DNA from: an uncultured virus (IMG/VR IMGVR_UViG_3300035696_002405)
Taxonomy: Duplodnaviria > Heunggongvirae > Uroviricota > Caudoviricetes
IMG/VR virus record: IMGVR_UViG_3300035696_002405
Direction: 5' to 3' (one strand)
Length of the DNA stretch: 64,000 nt
Both the position numbers and the translations under genes were made by a program. This document shows positions 1 to 9,431 of the stretch, one piece after another; within the stretch, counting starts at the first letter, position 1; each line of letters starts with the position of its first letter. A model generated the notes under the pieces. That model made no database searches. It was not told the origin of the DNA and was given only the letters and a program-made list of their open reading frames with translations.

Positions 1-1740
1 AGCCGTGATGGCCGAGTTCGCGGTGTTGAGGCCGAACGTCAGGTTGTTCGAGTTCGAGAAGGTGAGGTTCGTGACGTTCGCCGAGGTCGTGCCGGCGGAG
101 ACCGAGAGGGCTGCCGAAGCCGTGATGGCCGAGTTCGCGGTGTTGAGGCCGAACGTCAGGTTGTTCGAGTTCGAGAAGGTGAGGTTCGTGACGTTCGCCG
201 AGGTCGTGCCGGCGGAGACCGAGAGGGCTGCCGAAGCCGTGATGACCGAGTTCGCGGCGTTCAGGCCGAAGCTCAGGTTGTTCGAGTTCGAGTAGGTCCA
301 GTGCGAGAGGTTCAGGCTCGTCGTGCCGGCCGAGATGTTCACGGCGGCGAGCGCGTTGACTGACGCGGTGACCGTAGAGCCGTTCAGGCCGAAAGAGACG
401 TTGTTCGAGTTCGAGAAGGTGATCGCGCTGAGGTTCTGCGACGTCGTGCCCGCGAAGACGTTGATCTGGGCCGAGCCCGTGATCGTGAAGTTGTTCAGGC
501 CGAAGCTGACGTTGTTCGCGTTCGAGAACGTGAATGCACTGTTGTTGTTCGACGTCGTGCCGGCCGAGAGATTGATCGCCGTGAGGCTCGTCGCGATCGA
601 CGCCGTGAGGGTGGAGTTGTTGATCCCCCAGGAGACGCCGTTGCTGTTCAAGAACGTGATCGCGCTCAGGCTGTTGTTCGTCGTGCCGGCGACGACGTTG
701 AAGATGGCCGAACCGGTCATCGTCGCGTTGTTCAACCCGAAGGACACGTTGTTTGCGTTCGAGAACGTGAACGCGCTCGAGTTGATCGACGTCGTGCCGG
801 CCGAGAGGTTGATCGCCGTGAGGCTCGTCGCGATCGACGCCGTGAGGGTGGAGTTGTTGATCCCCCAGGAGACGCCGTTGCTGTTCAGGAACGTGATCGC
901 GCTCAGGCTGTTGTTCGTCGTGCCGGCGACGACGTTGATGATGGCCGAACCGGTCATCGTCGCGTTGTTCAACCCGAAGGACACGTTGTTCGCGTTCGAG
1001 AACGTGAACGCGCTCGAGTTGATCGACGTCGTGCCTGCCGAGAGGTTGATGTTCGAGAGGCTCGAGGCGACCGTCGCGGTGATCGTCGAGCCGTTCAGGC
1101 CGAACGACACGTTGTTCGAGTTCGAGAACGAGATGCTCGAGAGGTTCTGCGACGTCGTGCCCGCGAAGACGTTGAACGCGTAGGAGCCCGTCACCGTCCC
1201 GGCCCCGGCGACCGTCTGCAAGCCGAACGAGACGCCGTTGGCATTCGAGAACGTCACGAGCGAGAGGTTGTTCGATGTCGTTCCCGCCGAGAGGTTCAGC
1301 GCGAACGAGCCCGTCATCGTCGAGCCATTCAGGCCGAAGCTCACGCCGTTCGAGTTCGAGAACGTGATGGCGCTGAGGTTCTGCGACGTCGTGCCGGCGC
1401 TGAAGTTGACCGAGCCCGCCGCCGCGGCCGCGGAGGCGGTCACCGTCGAGCCGTTCAAGCCGAAGGAGATGTTGTTCGAGTTCGAGAAGACGAAGTTCGA
1501 GAGGTTCTGGCTCGTGGTCCCGGCGCTCAGGTTGACGCCCGTGATGAGCTGGCCGCTCAGCGGCAGCGAGATCGTCGCGGGCGCCGTGTGGACGGCGACG
1601 ACGGCAAGCTCCCCCGCCGAGTTCGAGAACGCGAGCGTGACCGTCGAGAGCGTGGAGTTGCCGAGCTGGAGCTGCGGCCCCGTGTGATAGAGGCTGTCCT
1701 GGCTCAGCGAGACGAAGTCTTGGAAGTTGCCGTCTGTCAC
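1..1740 (-). CDS. Repeat-shaft fibre/spike-like protein 3 (3' end runs off the window)
   Basis: Not in the ORF track. GTG at 1740 lies just after the stop of 1742..4249 and reads MTDGNFQDFVSLSQDSLYHTGPQLQLG, paralogous to MTDYNFQDVVVLSQDSLYHEGAQLQVG. It continues as about 38-40 aa SAGTTSxNLSxxTFSNSNxVSFGLN repeats. Confidence 0.85.
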   Translation of the reverse strand, partial: MTDGNFQDFVSLSQDSLYHTGPQLQLGNSTLSTVTLAFSNSAGELAVVAVHTAPATISLPLSGQLITGVNLSAGTTSQNLSNFVFSNSNNISFGLNGSTVTASAAAAAGSVNFSAGTTSQNLSAITFSNSNGVSFGLNGSTMTGSFALNLSAGTTSNNLSLVTFSNANGVSFGLQTVAGAGTVTGSYAFNVFAGTTSQNLSSISFSNSNNVSFGLNGSTITATVASSLSNINLSAGTTSINSSAFTFSNANNVSFGLNNATMTGSAIINVVAGTTNNSLSAITFLNSNGVSWGINNSTLTASIATSLTAINLSAGTTSINSSAFTFSNANNVSFGLNNATMTGSAIFNVVAGTTNNSLSAITFLNSNGVSWGINNSTLTASIATSLTAINLSAGTTSNNNSAFTFSNANNVSFGLNNFTITGSAQINVFAGTTSQNLSAITFSNSNNVSFGLNGSTVTASVNALAAVNISAGTTSLNLSHWTYSNSNNLSFGLNAANSVITASAALSVSAGTTSANVTNLTFSNSNNLTFGLNTANSAITASAALSVSAGTTSANVTNLTFSNSNNLTFGLNTANSAITA

Positions 1741-1741
1741 A

Positions 1742-4249
1742 TCAGCCTCCCGTGCCGATCAGGATGAAGGCCGGTTGCCGATTCGCGGCGATTCCCGTGC
1801 GGGCGTAGTTCGTGTTGGTCGCCGCGATGGACGCCGGGAAGGCACCCGTGCTCGAGACCGACGTGCCGTTCACGAAGTTCTGCGTCTCAACCCCGTCGTA
1901 GGTCCCGACGATGGTCGGACCCGCCATGCCGAAGACGTGGACCGTCACGACCGGCGTCGACGAGATGAGGAGGCCAAAGAGGTAGTCTCCCGGCGTCATC
2001 GAGTAGTTGACGCCGACCGTGTGGTAACGGGTGCCGCTCACCCCGCCGAACTGCGAGGACGCGCTCGTCGCGCTCCCGCTCGTCCACGAGAAGGCCATGG
2101 TCGCAGAGCTTGCGAGGCTCGCTGTTCCGGACGAGATTGTGTAGACGCCATGGCTCAGCGTCACGGCCCCCGAGTTGTTCGACGTCGCCGAGATGTTGAG
2201 CAGGAATACGAGTCTCGTCGCCGAGATATTCATCGGCAGCGATACCTTTTCGAGCGAAAGCGAGGCGTTCGACGCCACATGGTTCGTGGCGAAGTCGGCG
2301 AACTGGCTGAACTGGGTGATTGACTGGACGACGGCCGAGGCCGTGATCGTCGAGCCGCTGAGGCCGAACGAGACGTTGTTGCTGTTCGAGTAGACCCAGT
2401 TCGACAGGTTTTGGCTCGTCGTGCCGGCGGAAATGTTGACCTGCGCCTGCGCCGTCACCGTCGACCCGTTGAGACCGAAGGAGACGTTGTTGCTGTTCGA
2501 GAAGGTGACCGCGGAGAGGTTCTGCGACGTCGTGCCGGCGGAGAAGTTGATGCTCCCCTGCGTGCTCGCGACGGTCGCCGACGCGGTGATGACGGAACCA
2601 TTCAAGCCGAACGACACGTTGTTGGAGTTCGAGAACGTGAGGTTCGTGACGTTCTGCGACGTCGTGCCGGCGGAGACCGAAAGCGCCGCCGAGGCCGTGA
2701 CGACCGAGTTGCCCGAGAGGCCGAAGGTCAGGTTGTTCGAGTTCGAGAAGGTGACGGCCGAGAGGTTCAGGCTCGTCGTGCCGGCGCTCACGTTGATGTT
2801 CGTGAGCGAGGTCGCGACCGATGCCGTCATCGTCGAACCGTTCAGGCCGAAGCTCACGCCGTTGCTGTTCGAGAACGTGATCGCCGAGAGGTTCTGGGAC
2901 GTCGTGCCGGCCGAGAAGTTGACCGAGCCCTGGCTCGAGGCGACTGTCGCTGTCGCGGTGATGACGGAGCCGTTCAGGCCGAACGACACGTTGTTGGAGT
3001 TCGAGAACGTGAGGTTCGTGAGGTTCTGCGACGTCGTGCCGGCGGAGACCGAGAGCGCCGCCGAAGCCGTGATGACCGAGTTGCCCGAGAGGCCAAAGGT
3101 CAGGTTGTTCGAGTTCGAGAAGGTGACGGCCGAGAGGTTCAGGCTCGTCGTGCCGGCGCTGACGTTGATGTTCGTGAGCGAGGTTGCGACCGACGCCGTC
3201 ATCGTCGAGCCGTTCAGACCGAAGCTCACGCCGTTGCTGTTCGAGAACGTGATCGCCGAGAGGTTGTTCGACGTTGTGCCGGCCGAGAAGTTCACCTGCG
3301 TCGGCGTCGCGGAGATCGAGGCCGTGATGGTCGACCCGTTCAGTCCGAAGGAGACGCCGTTCGAGTTCGAGAACGTGATGGCCGAGAGGTTCTGCGAGGT
3401 CGTGCCGGCGCTCACGTTGATGTTCGTGAGCGAGGTCGCGACCGACGCCGTCATCGTCGAGCCGTTCAGGCCGAACGAGATGCCGTTCGAGTTCGAGAAG
3501 GTGATCGCCGAGAGGTTCTGAGACGTGGTGCCGGCGGAGAAGTTGATCGAGCCCTGGCTCGAGGCCACCGTGACCGACGCGGTGATGACCGAGTTCGCCA
3601 GGCCGAAGCTCACGTTGTTCGAATTCGAGAACGTGAGGTTCGTGAGGTTCTGGCTCGTCGTGCCGGCGGAGACCGAGAGGGCTGCCGACGCGGTGACGAC
3701 CGAGTTGCCGGACAGGCCGAAGGAGAGGTTGTTGCTGTTCGAGAAGGTGACGGCCGAGAGGTTCAGGCTCGTCGTGCCGGCGCTCACGTTGATGTTCGTG
3801 AGCGAGGTCGCGACCGACGCCGTCATCGTCGAGCCGTTCAGGCCGAAGCTGATCCCGTTGCTGTTCGAGAACGTGATCGCCGAGAGATTGTTCGACGTCG
3901 TGCCGGCCGAGAAGTTGACTTGCGTGGGGGTTGCCGAGACGGACGCCGTGATCGTCGAACCGTTCAAGCCGAACGAGACGCCATTCGAGTTCGAGAAGAC
4001 GAAGTTCGAGAGGCTCTGGCTCGTCGTCCCGGCCGAGATGTTGACGTTCGTGAGGAGCTGGCCTCCATTTGGCCAGCTAACTGTGAAATTGCCCGTGTGC
4101 GTCGCGACGACTGCGAGCTGGCCGGCAGAGTTCGAGAAGGCGAGCGTGACCGTGGAGGCGCTCGAGGTACCGACTTGGAGCTGCGCGCCCTCGTGGTAGA
4201 GGCTGTCCTGGCTGAGGACGACGACGTCTTGGAAGTTGTAATCCGTCAT
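1742..4249 (-). CDS. Repeat-shaft fibre/spike-like protein 2 with C-terminal beta-rich knob
   Basis: 835 aa. Tandem SAGTTSQNLSAITFSNSNGVSFGLNGST repeats, then an about 195 aa non-repetitive domain paralogous to the C-terminus of the upstream gene. GGAG-containing RBS upstream. Confidence 0.85.
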   Translation of the reverse strand: MTDYNFQDVVVLSQDSLYHEGAQLQVGTSSASTVTLAFSNSAGQLAVVATHTGNFTVSWPNGGQLLTNVNISAGTTSQSLSNFVFSNSNGVSFGLNGSTITASVSATPTQVNFSAGTTSNNLSAITFSNSNGISFGLNGSTMTASVATSLTNINVSAGTTSLNLSAVTFSNSNNLSFGLSGNSVVTASAALSVSAGTTSQNLTNLTFSNSNNVSFGLANSVITASVTVASSQGSINFSAGTTSQNLSAITFSNSNGISFGLNGSTMTASVATSLTNINVSAGTTSQNLSAITFSNSNGVSFGLNGSTITASISATPTQVNFSAGTTSNNLSAITFSNSNGVSFGLNGSTMTASVATSLTNINVSAGTTSLNLSAVTFSNSNNLTFGLSGNSVITASAALSVSAGTTSQNLTNLTFSNSNNVSFGLNGSVITATATVASSQGSVNFSAGTTSQNLSAITFSNSNGVSFGLNGSTMTASVATSLTNINVSAGTTSLNLSAVTFSNSNNLTFGLSGNSVVTASAALSVSAGTTSQNVTNLTFSNSNNVSFGLNGSVITASATVASTQGSINFSAGTTSQNLSAVTFSNSNNVSFGLNGSTVTAQAQVNISAGTTSQNLSNWVYSNSNNVSFGLSGSTITASAVVQSITQFSQFADFATNHVASNASLSLEKVSLPMNISATRLVFLLNISATSNNSGAVTLSHGVYTISSGTASLASSATMAFSWTSGSATSASSQFGGVSGTRYHTVGVNYSMTPGDYLFGLLISSTPVVTVHVFGMAGPTIVGTYDGVETQNFVNGTSVSSTGAFPASIAATNTNYARTGIAANRQPAFILIGTGG

Positions 4250-4259
4250 GACGCTGCTC

Positions 4260-6713
4260 CTAGCCTCCCGTTCCGATCAAAATGATGCCCGGTTGCCGGA
4301 GCGCGGGGACGCCGGTGCGGACGTAATTGGTGTCCGTCACGGCGATGGATGCCGGGAACGCTCCCGTGGCCGACACGCCGTCGAGATAGTCGGTGGTCTC
4401 CGCGCCATCGAGCGTCCCGACGATGGTGGGCCCCGCGTCGCCGAAGACCCCGATCGTCGCGGTCCCAGCAGACGAGAAGAGCCAGCCGAAGAGATAGTCG
4501 CCCGGCGTCATGGCGTAGCTCACCGACGCGGTCATGTAGCGTGTGCCGCTGATGCCGCCGAAGACGGATGTGGCCGTCGTCGCCGAGCCGCTCGTCCAGG
4601 AGAGCGCCCGCGTCGCCGAACTGGCGAGGCTCGCGGTACCGGAGGAAATCGTGTAGACCGCGTGGCTCATCGTGATCGCGCCCGAGGCGTTCGACGATCC
4701 GATGAAGTTGAGCAGCGCGACGAGCTTCGTCGCCGAAACGTCCGTCGGCAGAGAAACCTTCTGGATCGAGAGCGTGCCGAGCGATGCGGTGAAGTTCGTG
4801 GCGAAGTCGGCGTTCTGCCTGAACTGGGTGATCGTGGGCGCTGCCATGGAGGCAGCCGACGCAGTGATGATCGAGCCCGAGAGACCGAAGCTCACGTTGT
4901 TCGAATTCGAGAATGTGACTGCTGAGAGGTTTTGCGACGTCGTGCCCGCGCTCACGTTGATGGCCGTGAGGCTGGTCGCGATGGACCCCGTCATCGTCGA
5001 TCCGTTCAGACCGAAGCTCACGCCGTTGCTGTTCGAGAACGTGATCGCCGAGAGGGCCGCGGACGACGTGCCCGCCGAGAACGTCACCTGCGTCGGCATC
5101 CCGGAGACCGACGCCGTGATTGTCGAGCCGCTCAGGCCGAAGCTCACACCGTTCGAGTTCGAGAAGGTGACCGCCGACAGGTTGTTCGACGTCGTTCCCG
5201 CCGAGAAGTTGATCGAGCCCTGGCTCGAGGCGACCGTGGCCGTCGCGGTGATGACCGACCCGCTGAGGCCGAAGCTCACGTTGTTCGAGTTCGAGAAAGT
5301 AAGGTTCGTGAGGTTCGCCGAAGTCGTGCCGGCCGAAACGGACAGCGCCGCGGACGCCGTCACGACCGAGTTGCCCGACAGGCCGAAGGAGAGGTTGTTG
5401 CTGTTTGCGAAGGTGACCGACTCGAGGTTGAGCGAGGTCGTGCCGGCCGACAGGTTGATCGAGGCGAGACCGGAGACCGATGCCGTGACGGTCGAGCCGT
5501 TCAGGCCGAAGCTCACGCCGTTGCTGTTTGCGAAGGTGATCGCCGACAGGTTCTGCGACGTCGTGCCGGCCGAGACGTTGATGGCCGTGAGCGATGACGC
5601 GACCGACGCAGTCATCGTCGATCCGTTCAGGCCGAAAGAGATCCCGTTGCTGTTCGAGAACGTGATCGCCGAGAGATTGTTCGACGTCGTTCCGGCCGAG
5701 AAGTTGATGCTCCCCTGGGCTGAGGCGACGGTGACCGTCGCCGTGATGACGGAGCCCGCGAGGCCGAAGCTCACGTTGTTGCTGTTCGAGAACGTGAGGT
5801 TCGTGAGGTTCTGCGATGTCGTTCCGGCCGAGACGCTGAGGGCCGCGGAGGCGGTGACGAACGAGTTCGCGGCGTTCAGGCCGAAGGAGAGGTTGTTGGA
5901 GTTCGAGAACGTGATGGCAGAGAGGTTCTGCGACGTCGTGCCGGCGCTCACGTTGATGTTCGTGAGGGAGGTCGCGACCGACGCTGTCATCGTCGAGCCG
6001 TTCAGACCGAAGCTGATGCCGTTGCTGTTCGAGAACGTGATCGCCGAGAGATTGTTCGACGTCGTTCCGGCCGAGAAGTTGATGCTCCCCTGGGCTGAGG
6101 CGACGGTGACCGTCGCCGTGATGACGGAGCCCGCGAGACCGAAGCTCACGTTGTTGCTGTTCGAGAACGTGAGGTTCGTGAGGTTCTGCGACGTTGTGCC
6201 GGCCGAGACGCTGAGGGCCGCGGAGGCGGTGACGACCGAGTTCGCTGCGTTCAGGCCGAAGGAGAGGTTGTTTGAGTTCGAGAACGTGACGGCCGTGAGG
6301 TTTTGCGACGTCGTACCGGCCGAGATGTTGAGCGTCGCCGCGGCGGCCGCCGCCGCCGAGGCGGTGATGGTGCTGCCGTTCATCCCGAACGAGACGTTGT
6401 TCGAGTTCGAGAAGACGACGATGCCCGACGATGCGGATCCGCCGGCCGCCGAGATGGTGAGAGCGCCCCCTGTGGGCTGCAGCACCACCGTCGGGCCCTG
6501 CCGCATCGGGAGCGTCACTGTCGGCCAGTAGTCGAGGCCGGGTCCAACGCCCGACTCCATCAGGATGGAGCCTCCCGGCACGACCCCGGCCTCGTTGGTC
6601 GTGATCTCCTGCGACGGCACGATCCCCGGCTGGTCCGAGGTCGTCCCGATCGACGGCACGACCCCGGGCTGCAAGATCACTGCCCCCGGCGGGAAGAACG
6701 ACGAGTTGCTCAC
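4260..6713 (-). CDS. Repeat-shaft fibre/spike-like protein 1 with C-terminal knob
   Basis: Same repeats and the same C-terminal domain ending ILIGTGG. Start reassigned to GTG 6713 (GAGGG upstream) instead of 6830. Confidence 0.8.
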   Translation of the reverse strand: MSNSSFFPPGAVILQPGVVPSIGTTSDQPGIVPSQEITTNEAGVVPGGSILMESGVGPGLDYWPTVTLPMRQGPTVVLQPTGGALTISAAGGSASSGIVVFSNSNNVSFGMNGSTITASAAAAAAATLNISAGTTSQNLTAVTFSNSNNLSFGLNAANSVVTASAALSVSAGTTSQNLTNLTFSNSNNVSFGLAGSVITATVTVASAQGSINFSAGTTSNNLSAITFSNSNGISFGLNGSTMTASVATSLTNINVSAGTTSQNLSAITFSNSNNLSFGLNAANSFVTASAALSVSAGTTSQNLTNLTFSNSNNVSFGLAGSVITATVTVASAQGSINFSAGTTSNNLSAITFSNSNGISFGLNGSTMTASVASSLTAINVSAGTTSQNLSAITFANSNGVSFGLNGSTVTASVSGLASINLSAGTTSLNLESVTFANSNNLSFGLSGNSVVTASAALSVSAGTTSANLTNLTFSNSNNVSFGLSGSVITATATVASSQGSINFSAGTTSNNLSAVTFSNSNGVSFGLSGSTITASVSGMPTQVTFSAGTSSAALSAITFSNSNGVSFGLNGSTMTGSIATSLTAINVSAGTTSQNLSAVTFSNSNNVSFGLSGSIITASAASMAAPTITQFRQNADFATNFTASLGTLSIQKVSLPTDVSATKLVALLNFIGSSNASGAITMSHAVYTISSGTASLASSATRALSWTSGSATTATSVFGGISGTRYMTASVSYAMTPGDYLFGWLFSSAGTATIGVFGDAGPTIVGTLDGAETTDYLDGVSATGAFPASIAVTDTNYVRTGVPALRQPGIILIGTGG

Positions 6714-6856
6714 CGGTCCCTCGCCCTCGAACGATGGGTGCGGACTCGGATCCCGCACTTTTGAGTCATCGGCATGGTGGCGTTCCTCAGGCTGGACCGG
6801 TTCGACTAAACCGCCTGCGTCGCCCGCCACCTAAACGGCCGTCGCCGACTGGGAAA

Positions 6857-6866
6857 AATGTACCAC
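6857..6866 (-). promoter_or_regulatory. Extended -10-like box GTGGTACATT
   Basis: TGn-TAnnnT pattern; one of six intergenic GTGGTAnnnT copies; lies upstream of the fibre genes. Confidence 0.5.
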
Positions 6867-6988
6867 ATGTCCAGTTCCCTGGGACCAGAAATGCCGGCCC
6901 TGGGGAACCTGGCTAACAGGCGTCTAGGCGCACTGTCTGCGCCCTTTTCGCCCTCAGTTGCACTCCGGTGCTTGCTCCATGCCGCGAC

Positions 6989-7765
6989 TCAGGGCTGCAT
7001 GAAGCCGTAGATCATGCCGACGAACGTTTTCTTCTCGGGGGAGATGTTCTTGACCGCGAAGTGAAGCCTCTGCCCGCGCGCGGCCGCCTGCGTGAACTGG
7101 AGCGCCGGCATGCGCTTCAGGTTCGCGTCGCGCTGCACCTGGTGCTCGTCGAGCAGGTGGGCCGGGAACGCGCCGCTGTTCTGGCGGAAGCCTCCGACCT
7201 CGACCTCGGTGATCTCGAAGTCGCGGCCCACGTTGCCCGGCACGAGGAGCTTCTTCGGCTGCACCATGCTCGCCTTGGTCACCTCGACGTCGAACGCGGC
7301 GGAGGCGCCGGGCTCGACGGGCTGGGGGCCGATCGTGACGAGGTGGTGCGTGCCGTCCCAGCCGAAGCGGGGATCCACGTTCGGGATGGTCTTGCCAGAG
7401 AGGAGAGCGACGAAGGGCGCGGCGGCGTCCGAGGAGTTCGACACGATGAGAGAGACCTCGTCTCCGTGCTCGAGGAGCGGAAGTCCAAGCTCGATGGGCA
7501 TCGCGTCCTCGGAGAACGCTGCCGCGGGGATCGGACTTGGGTCGCTCTTCTGCTTGCCGCCGTTCACCTCGATGTCCACGATCGAGAAGCGAAGCGACGC
7601 CTCGCCGCCTGGAACGAAGAGATGCAAGGCCTGGAAGGGCGGTTCCGTCTCCTTGACCTTGTAGGAGAGCCGCCTCGTCTGGCCCGATTCGAGCAGCACG
7701 GGCCCGAGGAACTTGATGCGCGGCAAAGCCATGGCGGCGACGCCGCCTTCTCGCGTGACGATCAT
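6989..7765 (-). CDS. Tandem two-domain beta-sandwich protein, paralog of the capsid candidate at 20357..21022
   Basis: ATG 7765 with AGGAG RBS. Two about 120 aa repeats; domain 1 shares FSIxDIxV, PIPAAAFSE, LGL and VSN with the 20357..21022 protein. Confidence 0.75.
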   Translation of the reverse strand: MIVTREGGVAAMALPRIKFLGPVLLESGQTRRLSYKVKETEPPFQALHLFVPGGEASLRFSIVDIEVNGGKQKSDPSPIPAAAFSEDAMPIELGLPLLEHGDEVSLIVSNSSDAAAPFVALLSGKTIPNVDPRFGWDGTHHLVTIGPQPVEPGASAAFDVEVTKASMVQPKKLLVPGNVGRDFEITEVEVGGFRQNSGAFPAHLLDEHQVQRDANLKRMPALQFTQAAARGQRLHFAVKNISPEKKTFVGMIYGFMQP

Positions 7766-7775
7766 CTTGATGCTC

Positions 7776-8360
7776 CTATCCTTCCACCACGTTCTGGCGC
7801 GCGGCCACGCGCTTGCGCCTCTTCGCGTACGCCACGGCGAGTGCGACGCCGCCCACGAGGACCGCTCCGCCGAAGATCCACGGTCCGTACTTGGCGATCG
7901 GTTTGGCGAGGAATCCTCCGCCGCGGTAGACCTTGCCGGCGTACGACTCGAACGCGCTGGAGCTTCGCGCGACGGCATCAGCGACCCCGTGCTCGAAGCC
8001 CTTCCAACCCCACGGCGAGCCCGCAATGGCGGCGACGGTGCTCACCGGGTCGGCGCTTCGCCTGAGCGAGTCGTAGATCGCGCGCATGTTGCCCTGGCGC
8101 ATCGTCCTCGCCGTCGCCTCGAGGCCGTCCTGCCAACTCTCGTAGGCCTGGACGCCTCCCTCGTCGCGACCCGTCTTGAAGTTCACGCTGGGAAGGTCCT
8201 TGACCCGCAGCATCGTGTTGAGCGGGTTGAACCACGCACCGTTGTCGTGACCGCCCTCCTGCGCTTGGAAGGCGACGAGTGAACGGACGTTGTTGTCCGT
8301 GATCGGCAGGCCGAGTTTGCCGAGGAGCGCCTCGGCGAACGAGGCGGCTGTGACGCTCAT
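7776..8360 (-). CDS. Membrane-anchored lysozyme-like (muralytic) protein
   Basis: QEGG..FNPLNT..GVQAYxSWxDGLxAT..IAGSPW pattern of lysozyme-fold glycosidases; C-terminal hydrophobic helix followed by KRRKR. Confidence 0.65.
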   Translation of the reverse strand: MSVTAASFAEALLGKLGLPITDNNVRSLVAFQAQEGGHDNGAWFNPLNTMLRVKDLPSVNFKTGRDEGGVQAYESWQDGLEATARTMRQGNMRAIYDSLRRSADPVSTVAAIAGSPWGWKGFEHGVADAVARSSSAFESYAGKVYRGGGFLAKPIAKYGPWIFGGAVLVGGVALAVAYAKRRKRVAARQNVVEG

Positions 8361-8427
8361 GGCTTCACTCGCTTCGCTCGCTCGCCCATGTCATGCACTC
8401 GGCCTTTCGGGCCTCGCTGGCGTAGAT

Positions 8428-8661
8428 TCATGAGGCTTCCTCGCTCTCGAGCGCCAGCACAGGCTCTCTGTCGTCCATGTAACGCGATTTCACCACCTCG
8501 AAGATGTACTTCGCGATGACGCCCGCGTACTCCGTCGACGGAACCTCCTGGGGCCGGAACATCGTGACCTTTCGCGTGCCGCACGCGGGACACGTGCAGG
8601 CGTTGTCGCCGATCTTGTGCTTGATCTTCGCGCTGACGCGCGTGACGCTCGCTCGAGTCAT
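8428..8661 (-). CDS. Small protein with CPAC motif (possible zinc ribbon)
   Basis: 77 aa, CTCPACG; fits the minus-strand gene tiling. Confidence 0.55.
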   Translation of the reverse strand: MTRASVTRVSAKIKHKIGDNACTCPACGTRKVTMFRPQEVPSTEYAGVIAKYIFEVVKSRYMDDREPVLALESEEAS

Positions 8662-8668
8662 CTGGACG

Positions 8669-9178
8669 TCAGACCCCCGCCCCCGCCAGAGCTTGCGCGG
8701 TGACGTTCGATCGCGGCCTTCGCCCGGTGATCATCGAGAGCGCGCTCCGGAACCCGCTGTTCGTGAGCGCCGGCCCGTAAGGCGAGCGCCTGCGCATGCG
8801 CACGATGCGCGCGGCCCGATCCCCGGAGCAGCCCGTATGGGCCGCGAGCGTGAGGGCCGCGACCAGTGCGGAGCGGTTTCGCCCGTGGCGGCACGTGCAG
8901 AGCACGGCGCGACCCTGCCGGATGCGTGACGCGAGAGCCCGCGCGAGCTGAGCGGCCTCCATGAAGTGCTCGGGCGTGATCGGCGAACCGTCGTCGATGA
9001 GGTCGATGCGCGCGACCTCGACGCCCGGGAAGTGGTGCGTGGGCGGCTGGTGGTCGCACGCGCAGAGCACGAGCGTGTCGAAGCCCGCGGCCCGAAGGGT
9101 CCAGCCGACCGCGGGGAAGGAGCCGACCCAGAGGCCGGGACAGATTTCGGAGGCTTCAATCATTTTGCGTTCGCTCAA
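8669..9178 (-). CDS. Dual-specificity/protein-tyrosine phosphatase-like protein
   Basis: EICPGLWVGS N-terminal motif, LIDD acid loop, CX5R signature VLCTCRHGRNRSAL, and C-terminal NSGF. Confidence 0.85.
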   Translation of the reverse strand: MSERKMIEASEICPGLWVGSFPAVGWTLRAAGFDTLVLCACDHQPPTHHFPGVEVARIDLIDDGSPITPEHFMEAAQLARALASRIRQGRAVLCTCRHGRNRSALVAALTLAAHTGCSGDRAARIVRMRRRSPYGPALTNSGFRSALSMITGRRPRSNVTAQALAGAGV

Positions 9179-9423
9179 CCGATGATGCCGCGCACGACGG
9201 TGATGATGACCGGCGGCGCGGGCTGCGAAGGTGATTGCGGAGCTGCTGTGGGCGGAGGAGGCGGTTCTGTGTCTGGAAGGTTTGCCGCCGCAGCGCGGAC
9301 AGCGTCAGCGAGCGGACCCTTCGCGGCAGCACCGTTCTTCTTCACCTCGGCGATCACGGCCGCGACGTCCACTTTCACGGTCTTGATGTTCTCCTCGGTC
9401 TTCTTCGATTCGGTGTTGCTCAT
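9175..9423 (-). CDS. Hypothetical Pro-rich small protein
   Basis: ATG 9423 (MSNTESKK) just after the upstream stop; the longer ORF-track N-terminus overlaps another gene. Confidence 0.55.
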   Translation of the reverse strand: MSNTESKKTEENIKTVKVDVAAVIAEVKKNGAAAKGPLADAVRAAAANLPDTEPPPPPTAAPQSPSQPAPPVIITVVRGIIG

Positions 9424-9431
9424 GCAGCGCC

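Noticed and set aside
5..6531. Long plus-strand ORFs with FEFEK/VVPAE repeats
   Set aside because: Antisense shadows of the minus-strand fibre repeats; broken by stops and lacking their own RBS.
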